The position numbers and the translations under genes were made by a program. The notes beneath the pieces were generated by a model that saw nothing but the letters and a program-made list of their open reading frames with translations, ran no database searches and was not told the DNA's origin. 64,000 bases of DNA from Phoronis australis (Eukaryota > Animalia > Phoronida): assembly GCA_002633005.1 (NCBI GenBank), contig NMRA01000610.1:23533-87532 (forward strand). Reading direction: 5' to 3'. Shown here one piece after another: positions 26,201 through 39,700 of this stretch. Every line of letters begins with the position of its first letter. Position 1 is the first letter of the stretch.

Positions 26201-29200
26201 ACGTCTGCAATCACATGACCACATTTTTTCAAACTAAAAAATCACGATTTTCCAGGGAGACCGCCATAATTCCCATAGGTCTATTTTTTCCTAAGAGGGC
26301 AGTAGATTTTGATTTGGTCTATTAGCTGCAACACCGTGTCTGGGATTTTTCAAGGTCTTTGAACCCGCAATCTCGTCTTGACAAAAATTGAGACCTCGAC
26401 TTTCCGTGAAAAGTTCGGCGAAGATACAGAGATAGATGCAAAAGACTGCCAATAGATGGTGCCACAGTAGTCAGAGTCATCAGAAAATCATTATCAACCG
26501 TCTTCTTTACAGTGAAAATATACACGCCAGTTTTCATAATCATCCTTAGAGCGGTTTGGTTGATAGAGGGGCGGACGCCAAAAATAGACTAGATAACAGT
26601 GAGTAAAAATGGTCAGCAGATGGAGCAAATTACGTGGAATTCATTCAAAAACAGGAACATGTCAGTGACTCTTTAATATGAACCTATTTACCAGGTTTCA
26701 TAAAAATCCAACAAGGAGCTTCAAAGAAAAAGAGGAAAACGTAAAAAAAGAAATTGCCACAAGGGGGCATAGCAATTGTGGGATCCGTCCAAAAGTCATT
26801 GTCAAATTCAAATAAATGCACTTGCTAAATTTAGTCCAGATCATATAAATATGAGGGGGCATAAGATACAAATTAGTTTCGTTCGTAAATTCACTGTCCT
26901 GTGTTTTTATGTTCATCATTTTTTACAAGAACAAATCTGGAAATACGACTGCAGAATGTGCCGTCATTCCTATTTTCCAGTGGGCATTTGTCAAGTGCTG
27001 TACATTATTTTGCGGTTCTATTTGTAAACTACTTTGTCCGGTTAACTCCGATTCTAGTCCCTTACTAATATGTATTTCAAGTAACATCAACAGTGAGCGG
27101 CGGTCAAGATAAAACAGTCACACTTCAACCTTAGTGTTGGTCAATTCATTGAAACACAAAGACTCAAACGTTAACATCCCAAACACAACGAAAACATTAA
27201 CTGGATTTTGCAAACATTTATTTCATTGAACTTGACAGCTTGCACGCACGCAATTCTACTCAGCCTCTGCTACACGAGACAGTTTGCACGCACAAAGGTC
27301 TATCAAAGACGAACACCTACCATGACGGTCTCTTGATCTACATACTTGCCACATGACAATTAATAGTTTAGATGTCATCCAAATGAAGCGCTGCATAGTT
27401 ACTAATCGTCTGCGCACTACAGTCGCATCAGCTCTAACAAGGTCGGCTCGTCGCGGGATGGCACGGATTGCAAAGTCATTTTGCCATTTTATTCATCACA
27501 GATTAATTTTAGAAAATGTACATGTAGTGCTAGTTCTCCCCTTCAATCCCACGAAAAATGTCATTTAGCATCCATCATGCTGAATCTTTGATAAAAACTG
27601 ATAGCCTACTGACAGAGGTACAACTTAACTAATATTTCGCAAGCCTTACCTCATAACCATAATTCAACACAGCATCGACCATTCCAGCACCAACGATGTT
27701 GCCCACAGAGGCGCACGCGCTCCAGAATCCAAACACTAGACCACGACTGAAAGAAGAGTGAGGTCAAAGCTTTAGATAGTTAAATAGGAAAGAACTGGAT
27801 TGGCACAGGAGTACAGTAGACTACTAACAAGCCCAAACGTCTTCCCCAAAAACATAGGCAGCACCAGATACAAACTTTCCTTGGCGTGGAACAAGAGTAT
27901 ACACAACATCACAGGACAAACAAGTTCCTATGTGATCAGAATTTCAGCCACTGGATTTCACATCAACCCAACAGAGGAGACGAGAGGTCTCCAAGCTATT
28001 AAGAAAAGGTAAGTAACTAATCCAGCAGACAAGTCCCATTCTCCATATAGCATGAAGTTCGTGGATGACTCGAGACTTACATTTTGTTATTTGACCAAAC
28101 TTGTTCAAAAGCCACTTCTTGTAGTCATAGTAACGAATTATACCCTGTAAGTCTGATTAACATTGGACAGATGTGAAACATAGTTGACAAAATTGGACTA
28201 CGAGTCGTCATTTTCTGGCAAACAATGGCTTTGTTTACTTCACGGGGGTCACACAACAATTCCTTGAATAAACAACAAAATATCGAGACAGATCCATGTT
28301 TGGAAATTCCTGTGGAAACTTTTCTAAATCGCAACTAACATTTTCTTATGATGGTAGTTGTACTCTAAATTAAGGTCTAGTAATGTTTTGAACAAATTTA
28401 AGCCATGTTTTAGTTTAAATTTGAAAAATTGCCAATTATTTCATCAAGCAGAATGAAAGCGCCTATTAACTTATTCGTCCCTGATCTCGCCATATGGCGT
28501 GACTGTTTGTTTCACTCAGGGGCTGATGCCGTCTGGAGGTGTTATCTAAACAATGTATCTCACAGGCGGATCACGCCTTCAGGAGGGATAGAAGGCAGCA
28601 ATTTATTGGTTTAAGTTTAAATATATCTGGGGTATTCCCAGTTTTCTATCCAATGAGGATTGAGACACCAGACTCTGTATTCACTTATTCTTTGTGAAGT
28701 TAATGCCTATTGGCTGTTATTTCTGGACTTAAGAACCATTTCTTCACATTAAGCTAATTATCAATTCAAGGAAAAACCAGGAAGCGTGTTTACTTTGTAG
28801 TGGTTGTTGTAACTTTTGAAAGATTATAGAGATGTTCTTCCACGAAATGTTTGTTTGATTTGAAGACAAGATAGAAGCTAATTGCTCTGAATTGGAGCCT
28901 AATTGGTATTACATAACACTGCTGTCACCACTTAATCATCTGCTAGGGTGCCCCTGTTTATTTTGTTGGAACTGACTACATTACAATCACAAAATGTCCT
29001 GTTACTGGAAACATTCTACTCTGTCACTAGCACTGTGGTATTACATGGATATCATCTCCGCTGCTCTCACAGTTCTTGAAGTTTTTATTATGGAGGATAG
29101 TGCGGATACTGATGACACTGGTCAAATTTAGACAGACTTCAATGATTATGGATATCAAAGTGTGGATACTGAGGGCACTGAGTGGTCAGCTTTAGATATA

Positions 29201-32200
29201 GATTTCAGTGATCTGGATAAAAATGAGGATATGCCACACGGAAAACTTTCCTGACTTGTTTTCTGGAAATTTAAATGGATTATTTGTAAACAAACGTCTT
29301 TGTTTCTGGAAAACAAAAAGTAAAATTGCTTGTTCAACCCTTTATCAGTATTAAATTTGGATAAAATTTTTATCAACACAAAGCTCATTCACTCAAGATG
29401 TATTGCTGAAAATTTGGTAAGTATATATTTACTAATGACTTGGTAATGAGGTTTTAATTAAGTGCAGTGCGTGTGACCTAGTTCTGAGTGAAATACCCTC
29501 TGACTTCTAGGGGGTAGACATTCAACAGCTCAGCCAGGACACTAAGCTATTTATACCATACGGCGCTCACGGTTGAATGAGTTAAGCGTGTGTGCACGAT
29601 CACGCACTTGCCTAAGAATGCGCACACGCGTCTATGCATTGGTTGATTCCCTACCTTGACTTCCCAAACCAGTTTCCCATGACAGCGACCACAGCGGGCC
29701 AACCAGACGACTGCAGCAGACCATTAAGAAGGTAGAAGGGGGTGTACCAGAACACGTTGTAACACTTGATCCATTCACTCATGGCCCCAAACATGAATAC
29801 CATGAGAGCAGAAAGGCACATACCACCACTAAGCACATATCGCAGATCAAATCTAGGGTACAAAAATTGGGAATGATTAAAAGTTTGACTGTTATTTGTA
29901 CAGTAATTTTCAAAAAAACAAACAGGACAACATCGAAATTTGATAAAACTGTGACTAAAATGTGATTCCCTTCAACCAGAACAAGTGTCAGTTCTGGCAA
30001 AATCTTGAAAAAATCTTGACCTTTGTTAAAATTAGGACTACCTGCCTTGCAAATCCATTCACATTCAAGTATCATAGTACTAAATAGATAACAGCCAAGT
30101 ACAATCATGTCATATTAAACTCCTATGCATAACAGAATACCTACAGTAATTCACTTACTTATTAAAGACACGTTCCATTTCATTTAGTCAGAATTACACC
30201 AAGTTGTCAAAGGGCTAAATGAATTGAACCTCGAGATTAAAGACAGACTATTCCGTAATTGTCTGTTAGAGACGATATCTAATAAATTTAGCATGGTTTA
30301 CTAGTCGAAACTGCCACGCAAAGCTCTAGTCAAATCTGAAATTTTTCAAGTGAATGATCCTTTAAGATACAGACGATTTGCATTCATAGGAATCATGATT
30401 TTTCTAATATGTTTTACGCAAAGTTCACGATAACCAAAGCACCTTGGATGCTGTACAGTTTGCTTGAGGCCCGTACAATTGTACGTTACAAGAAAACAAA
30501 CTATATTACATCAGGACCGTAACGGGACGCAACTGCAGTAACAGTACTGTCTGGTGTATTAAATCTCTGTGTAATTTTGGCACGCACTTTGACATGAGAG
30601 CATGAACTTTGACACGAGGGCATGAACTTTGACACAAGGGCCTTCAAGCTCACTTTCATACAGAGGCAAGTTACCTGTCTCCAATAGCTCCACTCACATA
30701 GAGCCCCACGGCATATGAGATCATGAACACGGTGTCCAATGCCCCGAGGTAGTATTCAGCAGCCTCACCATCAGGAAACATGTGGTACTTGTTCCATATC
30801 TGAAGGAAACAGTCACCAAATAACTTCAGTTTCAAAATCGCACAGCATCCAGCAAGAAAACCACAAAAATTGGTCCTACGCCCACTAGTTCAACGAATGT
30901 AGAAAGCACAGTGTTGAATGCAGCATTGCATGTTTCGTACATAAGAGCAAAACTACTGATGTAAGCATGACTGAGCATACCGGTAGTTCACAGTCGGACT
31001 TAAGTGCCACCAATGTAGTCAGGAAAGATTTAGATTAGTCTTAGCCAAGAGTGAGCATGATAAAATGAGACATAGGTCTTTCATTACGCTGTTGCTATCT
31101 GTCTCAAGTGTGACACGTTTTAGACAATTGCTCATTTTGTTTCTATTAAAATAATTATGTAATTGAAAAACACCTGCGCATAAGGCCTAGATCTGAGAAG
31201 ATATTAATGGACAAGTTGAGGCAAAATATTCACCCGAAATGACAAATGAGAGGGCAAACAACCCACTCGAATTTGCGGCACATTCCTTCAAATCCCTACT
31301 GCAGGAGTGCTCCCTGAAGACAATGCAAGAGATAAGACAAGTTCCACCCGTCAAAAATATTGCTCAGAAATTTAAAATTACTTCCCTTCACATATTTCTC
31401 TAACGAGTATGATATTCATAGAATGTTATAAAGAAATTTGTAAAAAGTTTTAACGGTCTCACCTCATCAGGCAATGTTTTGTTTAAGGATGCATTGCTGA
31501 ACTGTGGCGTCCAAGCTTCCTTAAAACTTTCCTTCACATTGCTGAAAGTTTTACGCGTGGCATGAAAACAGGCATAGCTGAAATACATAAAGATGGATTA
31601 ACTTCAAAACACAAACATTAAAAAATATTAAAAATTTAAGACTGGTTGGAATGCTTTTCTGCCCGCAAACTGACCATCAAGTTTCCTAGACTACAATAAT
31701 AGCACGTAAAGCAAAATAATAATAAAATAATATAATTGTAATCATTATGATTCCAACACGATGACTTCTTCGACTTCAGAAGACAATAAATATCCAAATG
31801 TAAGAGTGTCCAAAATTTTTCATTTATTTCTAAGTTATATGCTATATCCATAATTTACAAAAGAAAATGCTAAACGTAATTTTCAGAATGTCTACAACAC
31901 TCATGTAGTTATTCCATGGCAGGCAGCAATTAGTCAATAAAAATACTGGACACCATTTTTCAAAGTTGTGCCATTTCTCTACTAATACTCTGAAAAACCA
32001 GTCCCATCAAAGATTCGGCACATAATTCACACAAAGTAGTTTTCACAATAAACTGGATTGACTTTGACGAGAAACGGAACGCTTACACATCAAAACTTTG
32101 TTGAGCTTTAACACTGTCCAGTTTATTTAGGAAGCTAGTGTCACAATTCTGGGAAACTACTGTCCCCGTCATTGGCTCAGAAATCTCTTTGCTGTGAACA

Positions 32201-35073
32201 TTTTAATTCGCATTTCGCCATGTTTAGCTGGCTAACAAACGAAATCTCATTCGGGTGCAGACCATAAAATTGGTCTCATGATGAATATTCCTGACCACGA
32301 CAGGAATTGCATTTTCGTCACCAATTCAAGTCACAGGCAATGTGTGTACGTGCCATACATGTACTTTAAAATTGTCAGTTTGAGGGATGGGCGACCAAAA
32401 TAAAGTCTGAAGTGTTTTCATGTGTCGCTGTTGATTTTGATTTTCTTTTTAGTAATGGAAATATAATCCAATCATAGTAAGGAACATTATGAGGCCAATT
32501 CTCAGACAGTAGAAGGCCAAATTTAATTGTTTAGCCAAATGGACAGGCTGAAATGCAGGTTTAGTGTACATGGACAGCTAAGTAGCTACTATACACCAAA
32601 TTTGCCCTCGCCCGGTGACACCTAGTGGCAAGACATCCCATTGATGAAGGCATCGGCAATGGTATGTCAGAAGCCCAAATTTTCTGGCAATTTTTTCAAT
32701 TTATCTGCGGATGCAAACGTCCTGGCGAACATATTTAGAGACAAATTTGTGCTTGGTCAGTCAACACTGCCAGACCAAACCAGATTCGAAATGGAGCCCG
32801 GCACTTTCACCTCCTCACACTGCTTGCAGTTCCATAGCGGACACGTGCAAGTGATTCTATGGCTAGCGACTTGTCATTAACCAAACAGGTATTGCAGATG
32901 GCTCAAGTGCCCAAGGTTCATTTACCACTTGGAGACTGTAGGCACCATGAGTGCAAATCCCAGTAAAGTTTCCTCACATCAGAACATAAGATGGTAGAAT
33001 TGTAAAATTTCATCTTATTAAAAATTTCAACAAAATTCAAGAACTTAGACAGTTTTATTTGATAATTTAGTATACGGTGAGTTTTTTTTTTTACACTTTA
33101 GCATTACAATGAGCTTTCGAAAAATGACTGGGAGAATTAGTTCGAAGTCGAATGAGAATTTGACATCTTTCTGTGAGTTACTGGAATTCTTCAAAATCCG
33201 ACAGCTTGTCTCCTAAATCGAATTGGGAAGGTTGGCAAAACCAGTGTCACACTCGGCTCTGGCCAGCTGTTTTTGACAGCGTCGCTGAGGGGAAGAGATA
33301 TTGAGCCAAGTTCTGCAAGTTTGCAAAGAAAATTAAGCGACAAAGCGTCCAAGTATTATATTTTGAAGTAAATCCATCCCTTGGAACAATAATTTGTACA
33401 TATTAATATAATTCACATTGCCAAATCTCGGATCCCGTTGTTGCCCTCATTGTTATTATCAATGTTTTATCTCCAATAATTCGCACCCTTGACTTTAATA
33501 GTTTGTGCGAACAGTTTTGTCTCTATTAATTGGAACACGAAGCTATCAATGGAAATAGTTTGTACATTAATGTGCGAACTGTTAGAGAAATTACCGTATC
33601 ATAAAATTCAGTCATATAACCTTGTGATTAAAGTGACAAATCAACACTTATGACTGTCTAAAGTCTGCTGACCTAGCAGGGCATTTAACTTATGATTAAC
33701 TTCTAGTCATCCACTCAATTTTATAATTGCAGGTATATCAATCTCAGGGTCAGCATTATAAGGAAACCAAAATATTATGTAATTTAGTGTTGGCATGTTA
33801 TTTTTACCTAGTTCAAGACCTCATTTTCAAGAAAATGTTGATGAAAAAATATTTAACATTTACTTATTGAATTTTTTAAGCTCCTTCTGCCCAATCAAAA
33901 CTGTCGCTTTAACGATGTCCCACTGAATACAAACACAAGTTTCGAGATTTTTGGTTTTAAGAGCTGAATCTCTCAAAATACTTGCAAGTATAAATCATTG
34001 GTAATTACAAAACCTTACACCGCATACAAAAATCAATGGCTAAATGTTCGTAAACACGCGATTCCGTCATTTTTTTAAACATGGTTTTCTACTGATTGTC
34101 ACATTTTAAACAAAAACTTGTTTTTTTGCAAAAAAGAATGAAATTTCTGTTTTTCACTTAAGAGTGAATGACCAATGCCAATAAGCTATTAGCTACGAAA
34201 GCGCATCTTGATTTTTTTTTTACGTTAAGGGAAGCTCGAGCAAATCATGACAGATTTTTATGGATATGTTCAAATTACTGATTAAAAGTTTAAAACATCA
34301 AAGTCACATTGAGACTTGGTACCTTTTGCACATAAAGGGACACGTTTTTAATTCCTCCCAAATGCCGCAAAAGGTAAATTTATAACGTCACATTGAGACT
34401 TGGTACCTTTTGCACATAAAGGGACACGTTTTTAATTCCTCCCAAAAGCCGCAAAAGGTAAATTTACAACAATTTGTGACTTTGTCTGTTTTAATCAGTG
34501 TGAGGCATAATTCACGTTGATACAAATTCCTTTTGCGCATAAAGAGACACCTTAAAAGGCGGCCAATGTTTTTAATTCCTTCCAAAAGCTGTAAAAGGTA
34601 CTAATAACAACGTGACTTTGATGTTGTGAGGACTGTGAGGCATAATTCTCCGAAAAGCTTCAGTCTGTAGTTACATAGCCATAAAAGGGCCAGCTACAGT
34701 GGTAACTGTCTGTAGACTATATTTTGAGATCAGAAAAAATTTATGTGGGTGTGCTATCGCCCCTGTATACCTGGGTCATACAGGGCGATGTAACTGCTTA
34801 TGTGTGGTTGAGCTGGTTGAAACCATACTCGACGTGGAGCACTGCAGCTACTCGTGATCACGTCTCGTGACTGCCGTGGTGACTGAGGCTGAGCCGAGGT
34901 CGGGGAGACGGGGACATGACTCAAACTAAACTTTCACTCCTCTTCACACTTTAGATGTTTACGAATCATGTTAATCAGTGTATTAATAAAACTAGTAGAA
35001 CAAGTTACCTGCAAAATGTGAGCACAAACACCGTGAAATGATAAAAGGTCCACCTCGGTTTCTCCTTCGCCAT
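14232..35073 (-). CDS. SLC37A3: Sugar phosphate exchanger 3 (SLC37 family, MFS), 14 coding exons, about 478 aa
   Basis: Exons (minus strand): 35073-35009, 31577-31463, 30799-30675, 29852-29655, 27746-27650, 25650-25506 (or duplicate 22759-22615), 21158-21058, 20377-20236, 18873-18848, 18048-17973, 16650-16546, 15507-15413, 15150-15085, 14312-14232. All GT-AG, phases consistent, 1437 nt total. Motifs HATRKTFSNVK, QSSGWPAVVAVMGNWFGK, YACLKLVNYSFFFWLPFYL and ALATVTGIVDGTGSVGAA match human SLC37A3. Confidence 0.95.
14648..15091. repeat. 21-bp minisatellite (about 21 units, consensus gctgacttatcattcaacaca) in SLC37A3 intron 13
   Basis: Direct periodicity in the sequence. The terminal unit overlaps the exon-13 splice donor. 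Confidence 0.9.
17359..17912. repeat. Dispersed direct duplication (core about 46 bp at 17399-17444 and 17866-17911)
   Basis: agcactaaatgtagtgwcaactwcgtcacttcrctatcatggtaat occurs twice. Confidence 0.7.
19517..20086. mobile_element. PIF/Harbinger (Tourist-like) MITE, 570 bp
   Basis: TIRs GGGCTGTTCCAGCAAAATCTGTGTGGGAGGGGGGG / CCCCCCCTCCCATACAGATTTTACTGGAACAGCCC with TTA target duplication at 19514-16 and 20087-89. Nested inside an older Tc1-like MITE (about 19335-20155). Confidence 0.85.
21999..22508. mobile_element. hAT-like MITE with 6-bp target duplication (copy A)
   Basis: CAAGGCTTGGAAT...ATTCCAAGCGCTG flanked by ATTTAT on both sides. Confidence 0.65.
24889..25399. mobile_element. hAT-like MITE with 6-bp target duplication (copy B)
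   Basis: Perfect TIR CAGGGCTTGGAAT...ATTCCAAGCCCTG; ATTTAT at 24883-88 and 25400-05. Confidence 0.7.
30586..30641. repeat. 20-bp tandem repeat, about 3 units
   Basis: actttgacayragrgcatga units. Confidence 0.7.
34303..34660. repeat. About 84-bp tandem duplication plus degenerate units related to the foldback element at 56952-57507
   Basis: gtcacattgagacttggtaccttttgcacataaagggacac... occurs twice; shares ttaatcagtgtgaggcataattc with the 57-kb element. Confidence 0.65.
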
Positions 35074-35289
35074 TGGGGAGGTTAACGGCGCTAGGTGTCT
35101 CTCATCCTCTGTAAGTGTAAACAATATTTCTGTACCTCTGTACATATCCAATAGACGGCGTCACATGCCTGTTCTAATGCACGGATGATAAAGTTAAATT
35201 TAAAGGAAACTTTGATCTTTTACCTGACTTAAACTGTTTGCCTGATAGGTAACGCGACCTCAGCTGATCGGATGTTTGACCCGAAACAG
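35074..35289. promoter_or_regulatory. Compact bidirectional promoter for SLC37A3 (-) and ACOX (+), including a probable non-coding first ACOX exon ending at 35289
   Basis: SLC37A3 ATG at 35073; strong plus-strand donor CAG|GTAAGT at 35289/90. CCAAT 35148-52, E-box GTCACATG 35160-67, DR1-like TGATCT-T-TTACCT 35213-25. Confidence 0.6.
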
Positions 35290-36704
35290 GTAAGTCGTTA
35301 ACAGTTTATTAATGATGCATTGTGCCTTGAATTTAGCGACTGCCGTGTTGGTGTCAGTCTCGGCACAGCCTGTGCCACAGCCTCACAGGTGTTGATTGTT
35401 GTCTGCGTAGCAATAGTCTACTTCTGTCTTGCTGAGCTTGTTGGGTGAGGGACACAAGCGACTGTCCATGTGCCAGCTGCGCTAGCCAGTTCAGTCGGTA
35501 TTACTATCTCTATTACCTACAATGCCAGTGGTCGCTGACACCTCACTATCAGCATGCAGGTCAATGACTGCATGGATCTAGGTATTAGCGTTCAGTAATT
35601 TGATTTTGTTTCTGTTGTTGCTTAGCTACTACTAGTAGCTTAGCTGTAGCATAGTTTTAGGTTGGGGCCATGCTGTGCATTTTTCTATAGTTATCTTCAG
35701 AAAAGAGATCTGAAGAAAGGAGATTGTTCTGGCACTATGAGTGAACCAGTATCAAGCTTGCAAATGAAAAATCTATTAATAAGCGGTGTTTTCAACGAAA
35801 TCTAGGGATAACAGCGTTCATTTTAAAAATTGCAATGGTTTAATTTTATCTTGTTACTCCCCTCCATCTACTTTAGGGGCTCCCCATGGTTTGCCAAAAA
35901 ACTGCAAAGCAGTCGTAATTATTTAACAACACCGCTTGACAAATTTATGAAACATAAAAGGAGTATTATATTTAATTTTAATTCAAACAACAGATAACTT
36001 TAAAGGACTCTAAACCGTGTTCTGACAAGTTCGGTCAATTCTCAGTCTGTCTCCTAGTATATGCACCATTGGCATATCTTGAGTGCAGACAAAAGCAGGG
36101 CAGAGCTCAGTAGCTGTGCCTGTAAAAATATTGCCAAAATCACGTACTTTGCTCTCATTTAAAATACACATGGCAGACTCTCACAGTCTAGCTTTTCTAG
36201 CGAGGTCCTAGCGTTACTGAACGCTGTCCTGGATTCAACTCACTGTGTCTCAGTACTAGTATGGATATCATGATTGGTGGTGGGTGGTTTTAATTCCTTA
36301 GAGTCTGCTCTTTTTTTGCAGATTTATTAAGAGCAAAGATCGAAATTCAAAATACCAAAATTATTTTAAAAATCAACAATAAGTTAAAATTGTATCAGTA
36401 CCCTTAAAACATGGTTTCCAACTTATAATTGAGTGCAAAACACATTTCTGATATCCTGATTTCATGTAAAACACAGAGAAATTTCCACTGCTATGACTTG
36501 AGCGTGACATCACAACCTTGCAGATGTGTACCCTAGTGCCACCAAGGGTGTTATCAGATTTTCCAAAAGGTAAACCTTTGTCAAGTAAAGCCCTATAAGT
36601 GATGTGCCAACATCACTTTTGGTCATTCATTGTGTATTGCTGTTGCGCTATTTTTAGGCCATTTCTTTTTTCTTCAGTTGTAGAGTTTGTCTACAGGCAT
36701 CAAT

Positions 36705-39700
36705 ATGTCAACCAGTTCAACTAACCAAGAGGGGGCAGTGTCAGTCAACATGTCTATCAATCCAGATCTCGCTAAAGAGAGGACTACGGCTACTTTTGAC
36801 CAATCAAAGTTAACTTACCTTCTCGATGGTGGTGCAGAATCGACCAAGCGAAGGAAGGAAATCGGTATGAGTTTTGGGCAATAGGCGCATATGGCGTGCC
36901 CACATTTTGAGAAACAGAATGTAGCCTGTTCTTCAGAAATGGAGAAAACTGGTTCTCAAAATGGGAGCACATTAATTATATCCAGTAATTACCCCAGTTA
37001 TGTGTTATTAGAATAATAGAGATGAGTATAATAACTCATCAGTTTGGATGTTACTACGTTTATCCAACATCTTTTTCAGCTCTGCATTGAAAAATCACCA
37101 GACATAGTCAGACAGTATGAATTATCGGGATAATGACTTTTTGATAAAATGCCAACTGGATTTTCGAAAGTCAAATAAATTTAGTCTGTAGTAATCCCAT
37201 TGGTGGTTTGCGCTCGTTTTTATATTAAATGTGCATCTAAAGCAAATTGTATACTCTAACTTGTTCTTTATTTTTAAATATTTAGAGGCAAATATAATGT
37301 TCCTTAGTCATTAACTCAGTAAAATACAAGTTGTCAATGCTTTTGCTGTTTTATTCCAGCTCATATTCTCTTCAGTGAACCATTGTTTTGCCAAGACAAC
37401 TATAACATGGGGAAACAAGAGGCTTATGAACTCGCGATCAGAAAGACTGTTAGGTTGCTTGAACTCGCCAAGAAACATGGATGGTCTTATGACGACATAT
37501 GCAGATGTTGTATGTAAGTGGGAATCATTATGACCTGTAGCCATGTTTTACCGAAATTTAATAAAGGTTTATACTAAAGAGATGCATTCGACATAAAGCA
37601 GCTGTTTTATTATCATGAAATTTCGCGAAGGGGTTTCTATTTAGGAAATAAGTCCAGCTGCTGTCAGTGGTGCCCTCTAGTGACATTTTTGCATCTGCGA
37701 TACGTCCTAAATCCCTTCCAACATGTTTTTAAAAATTTGCAATTATATTCCTATTAACCTGATGGCAGATGGACGGATTGGACTAGGGATGTGGTTCCTA
37801 ATGGTAGTTTGTTTTTTTTTTACATAATTTTGCCTTTGTATTTTTGGAGTTCAGATGGATTTTCATAAAATTTGGAAATTGATTCGAGAATAGTTTTGAA
37901 AGGGTACACATTCCCATTTTTGGATTGGTTATCTATGTATTCTGTGCCATGTAATGACCATTTTATGATACATTCAAGTAAACACCCCTTGAAGCAAATA
38001 ACGGTTTGCAGTGAAGTTGCGGGCGCATTTCAACGCTTTCCATTGCTCTTGTCAACCTTGTGCTCGAGTTAACTGTAATTTACAACTAAGACAGGCATTT
38101 AGTTCAAGCTCCCACTTGACAGCTCTATCATTGTGAACCTGTGAGAGTTTGAACTCTAGTTTGTAGCTGACTTGGTAACGAGCAACTGACATCAATTGAA
38201 ACAAAACTTAGGCAACTCGGGTGTGTTCAATGACGTTTCTTTCTAAACTGTATTTCAGGTGTATCAACTATGACACCAGTCTGTGGCTTCAAGTCATTAT
38301 GTTCATCCCCTCACTAGAAAGACTGACGACTGATGAACAGAGAAGAAAATGGCTGCCACTGGCTCTTAGCGGACACATATTCGGGACTTACGTACAAACA
38401 GAGCTGGGACATGGTATGAGTGTTGAAACGCAACTATACAGAAACTGGAAGATTTCGAATGTCGGGTTACACCAACATTCATTGGTGATTTCCTTGCGTT
38501 TTGCTTTCCATTGGAGTGTCAGCTTTTCTCTTGGAGACTTCAAAACTATATTATAAGAATAATTTTGTCGTTTCAAGATTTAGTGGAAAATGTTTGGTTA
38601 AAAACTTTTATAGTCTGTAATATGTAGGTGTGTAGTATTTTGTGAATGTGGAGTGATTACCATTGTGATATCAAGTCACATAGACCTTGGGAGAGCAATG
38701 TTGCCCTCGTCCTCCAACCTCGGGCAACATTGCGTTTCCAATGTACCTCGATACCCACGAAGACCCATGAGGGAAACCTACACGACCATTGGTGTTTCTT
38801 TTCTCAGACTTTTTGTCTCTTGTTAGATTGGCATTTTTGCTTGCTTTATTGTTACTGTTACTGTTGTGCGTGAATTTGGAATCCTCACGTAAGCATGAAC
38901 TTGGAATACACCATGAAACTCGGAAAGTTCACTCGTTCAAATAATCACATTCACGTTTTGATAAAATTTACACTGCACTAATGTAAATTTTGACTTTAAC
39001 CTCTTTCTACTATTGGCATTTTTATTCACCAAACAAAAAATATTAACCATTCACACATTCTTCCGATACAATGACACAAATTCCAGTTAAGGTGAAAATG
39101 GGTAACCGTGAGGCCAATAATCGCAAGAATTCTTCAAATGAACAAAACATCACTTGATTGACTTACTAAATATTCAATTCCAAGTTCACACATCCGCGAT
39201 TTTGAGATTAAGCATGCTTCCAAGTTCACGCAAAACATCATCACCATGGGATGAATTTGTCCGTTTCTATCTGTAGCACAAATCACCACAGTGACTATAT
39301 CTGATTTTAGGAACCAATCTCCAGGGGCTAGAAACAACCGCAGTGTATGAACCAAGCACCCAAGAGTTTGTTCTCAATACACCAACACTGACATCAATGA
39401 AATGGTGGCCAGGAAACTGTAAGTGTTTGAAAAAAACTCTAATTCTCTCGGCTTCAAAGAGTGACTATATAGAGTTTAAGCGTTTAGTTATTGTGCGCAC
39501 TATGCTGTCATCCCCATCTGTTCATCTGTCTGGCGTCCGATGTCCATGGCTTTGACTATCTCCAAAACCCTTTGATATTTGTTCATGAAAGTTCACTGTT
39601 ATGTTGATTTTGTGGCTAGTACGGCATGAGCGAATTGTAGTATGGATCCCACTCCTGATGTGTCCCGTTGTCATGGCAATTTTAGTTAAGTTTGGAAAAT

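Larger units (their letters stand above)
21214..27039. repeat. About 2.9-kb tandem duplication (21214-24133 and 24136-27039) containing SLC37A3 exon 6; probably uncollapsed haplotypes
   Basis: Copies are colinear and highly similar with small indels, joined at a single N (24134). Confidence 0.9.

Noticed and set aside
37514-39310. Second, mutually exclusive ACOX1 exon 3 as in vertebrates
   Set aside because: Only one exon with the MFIP...QTELGHG pattern was found.
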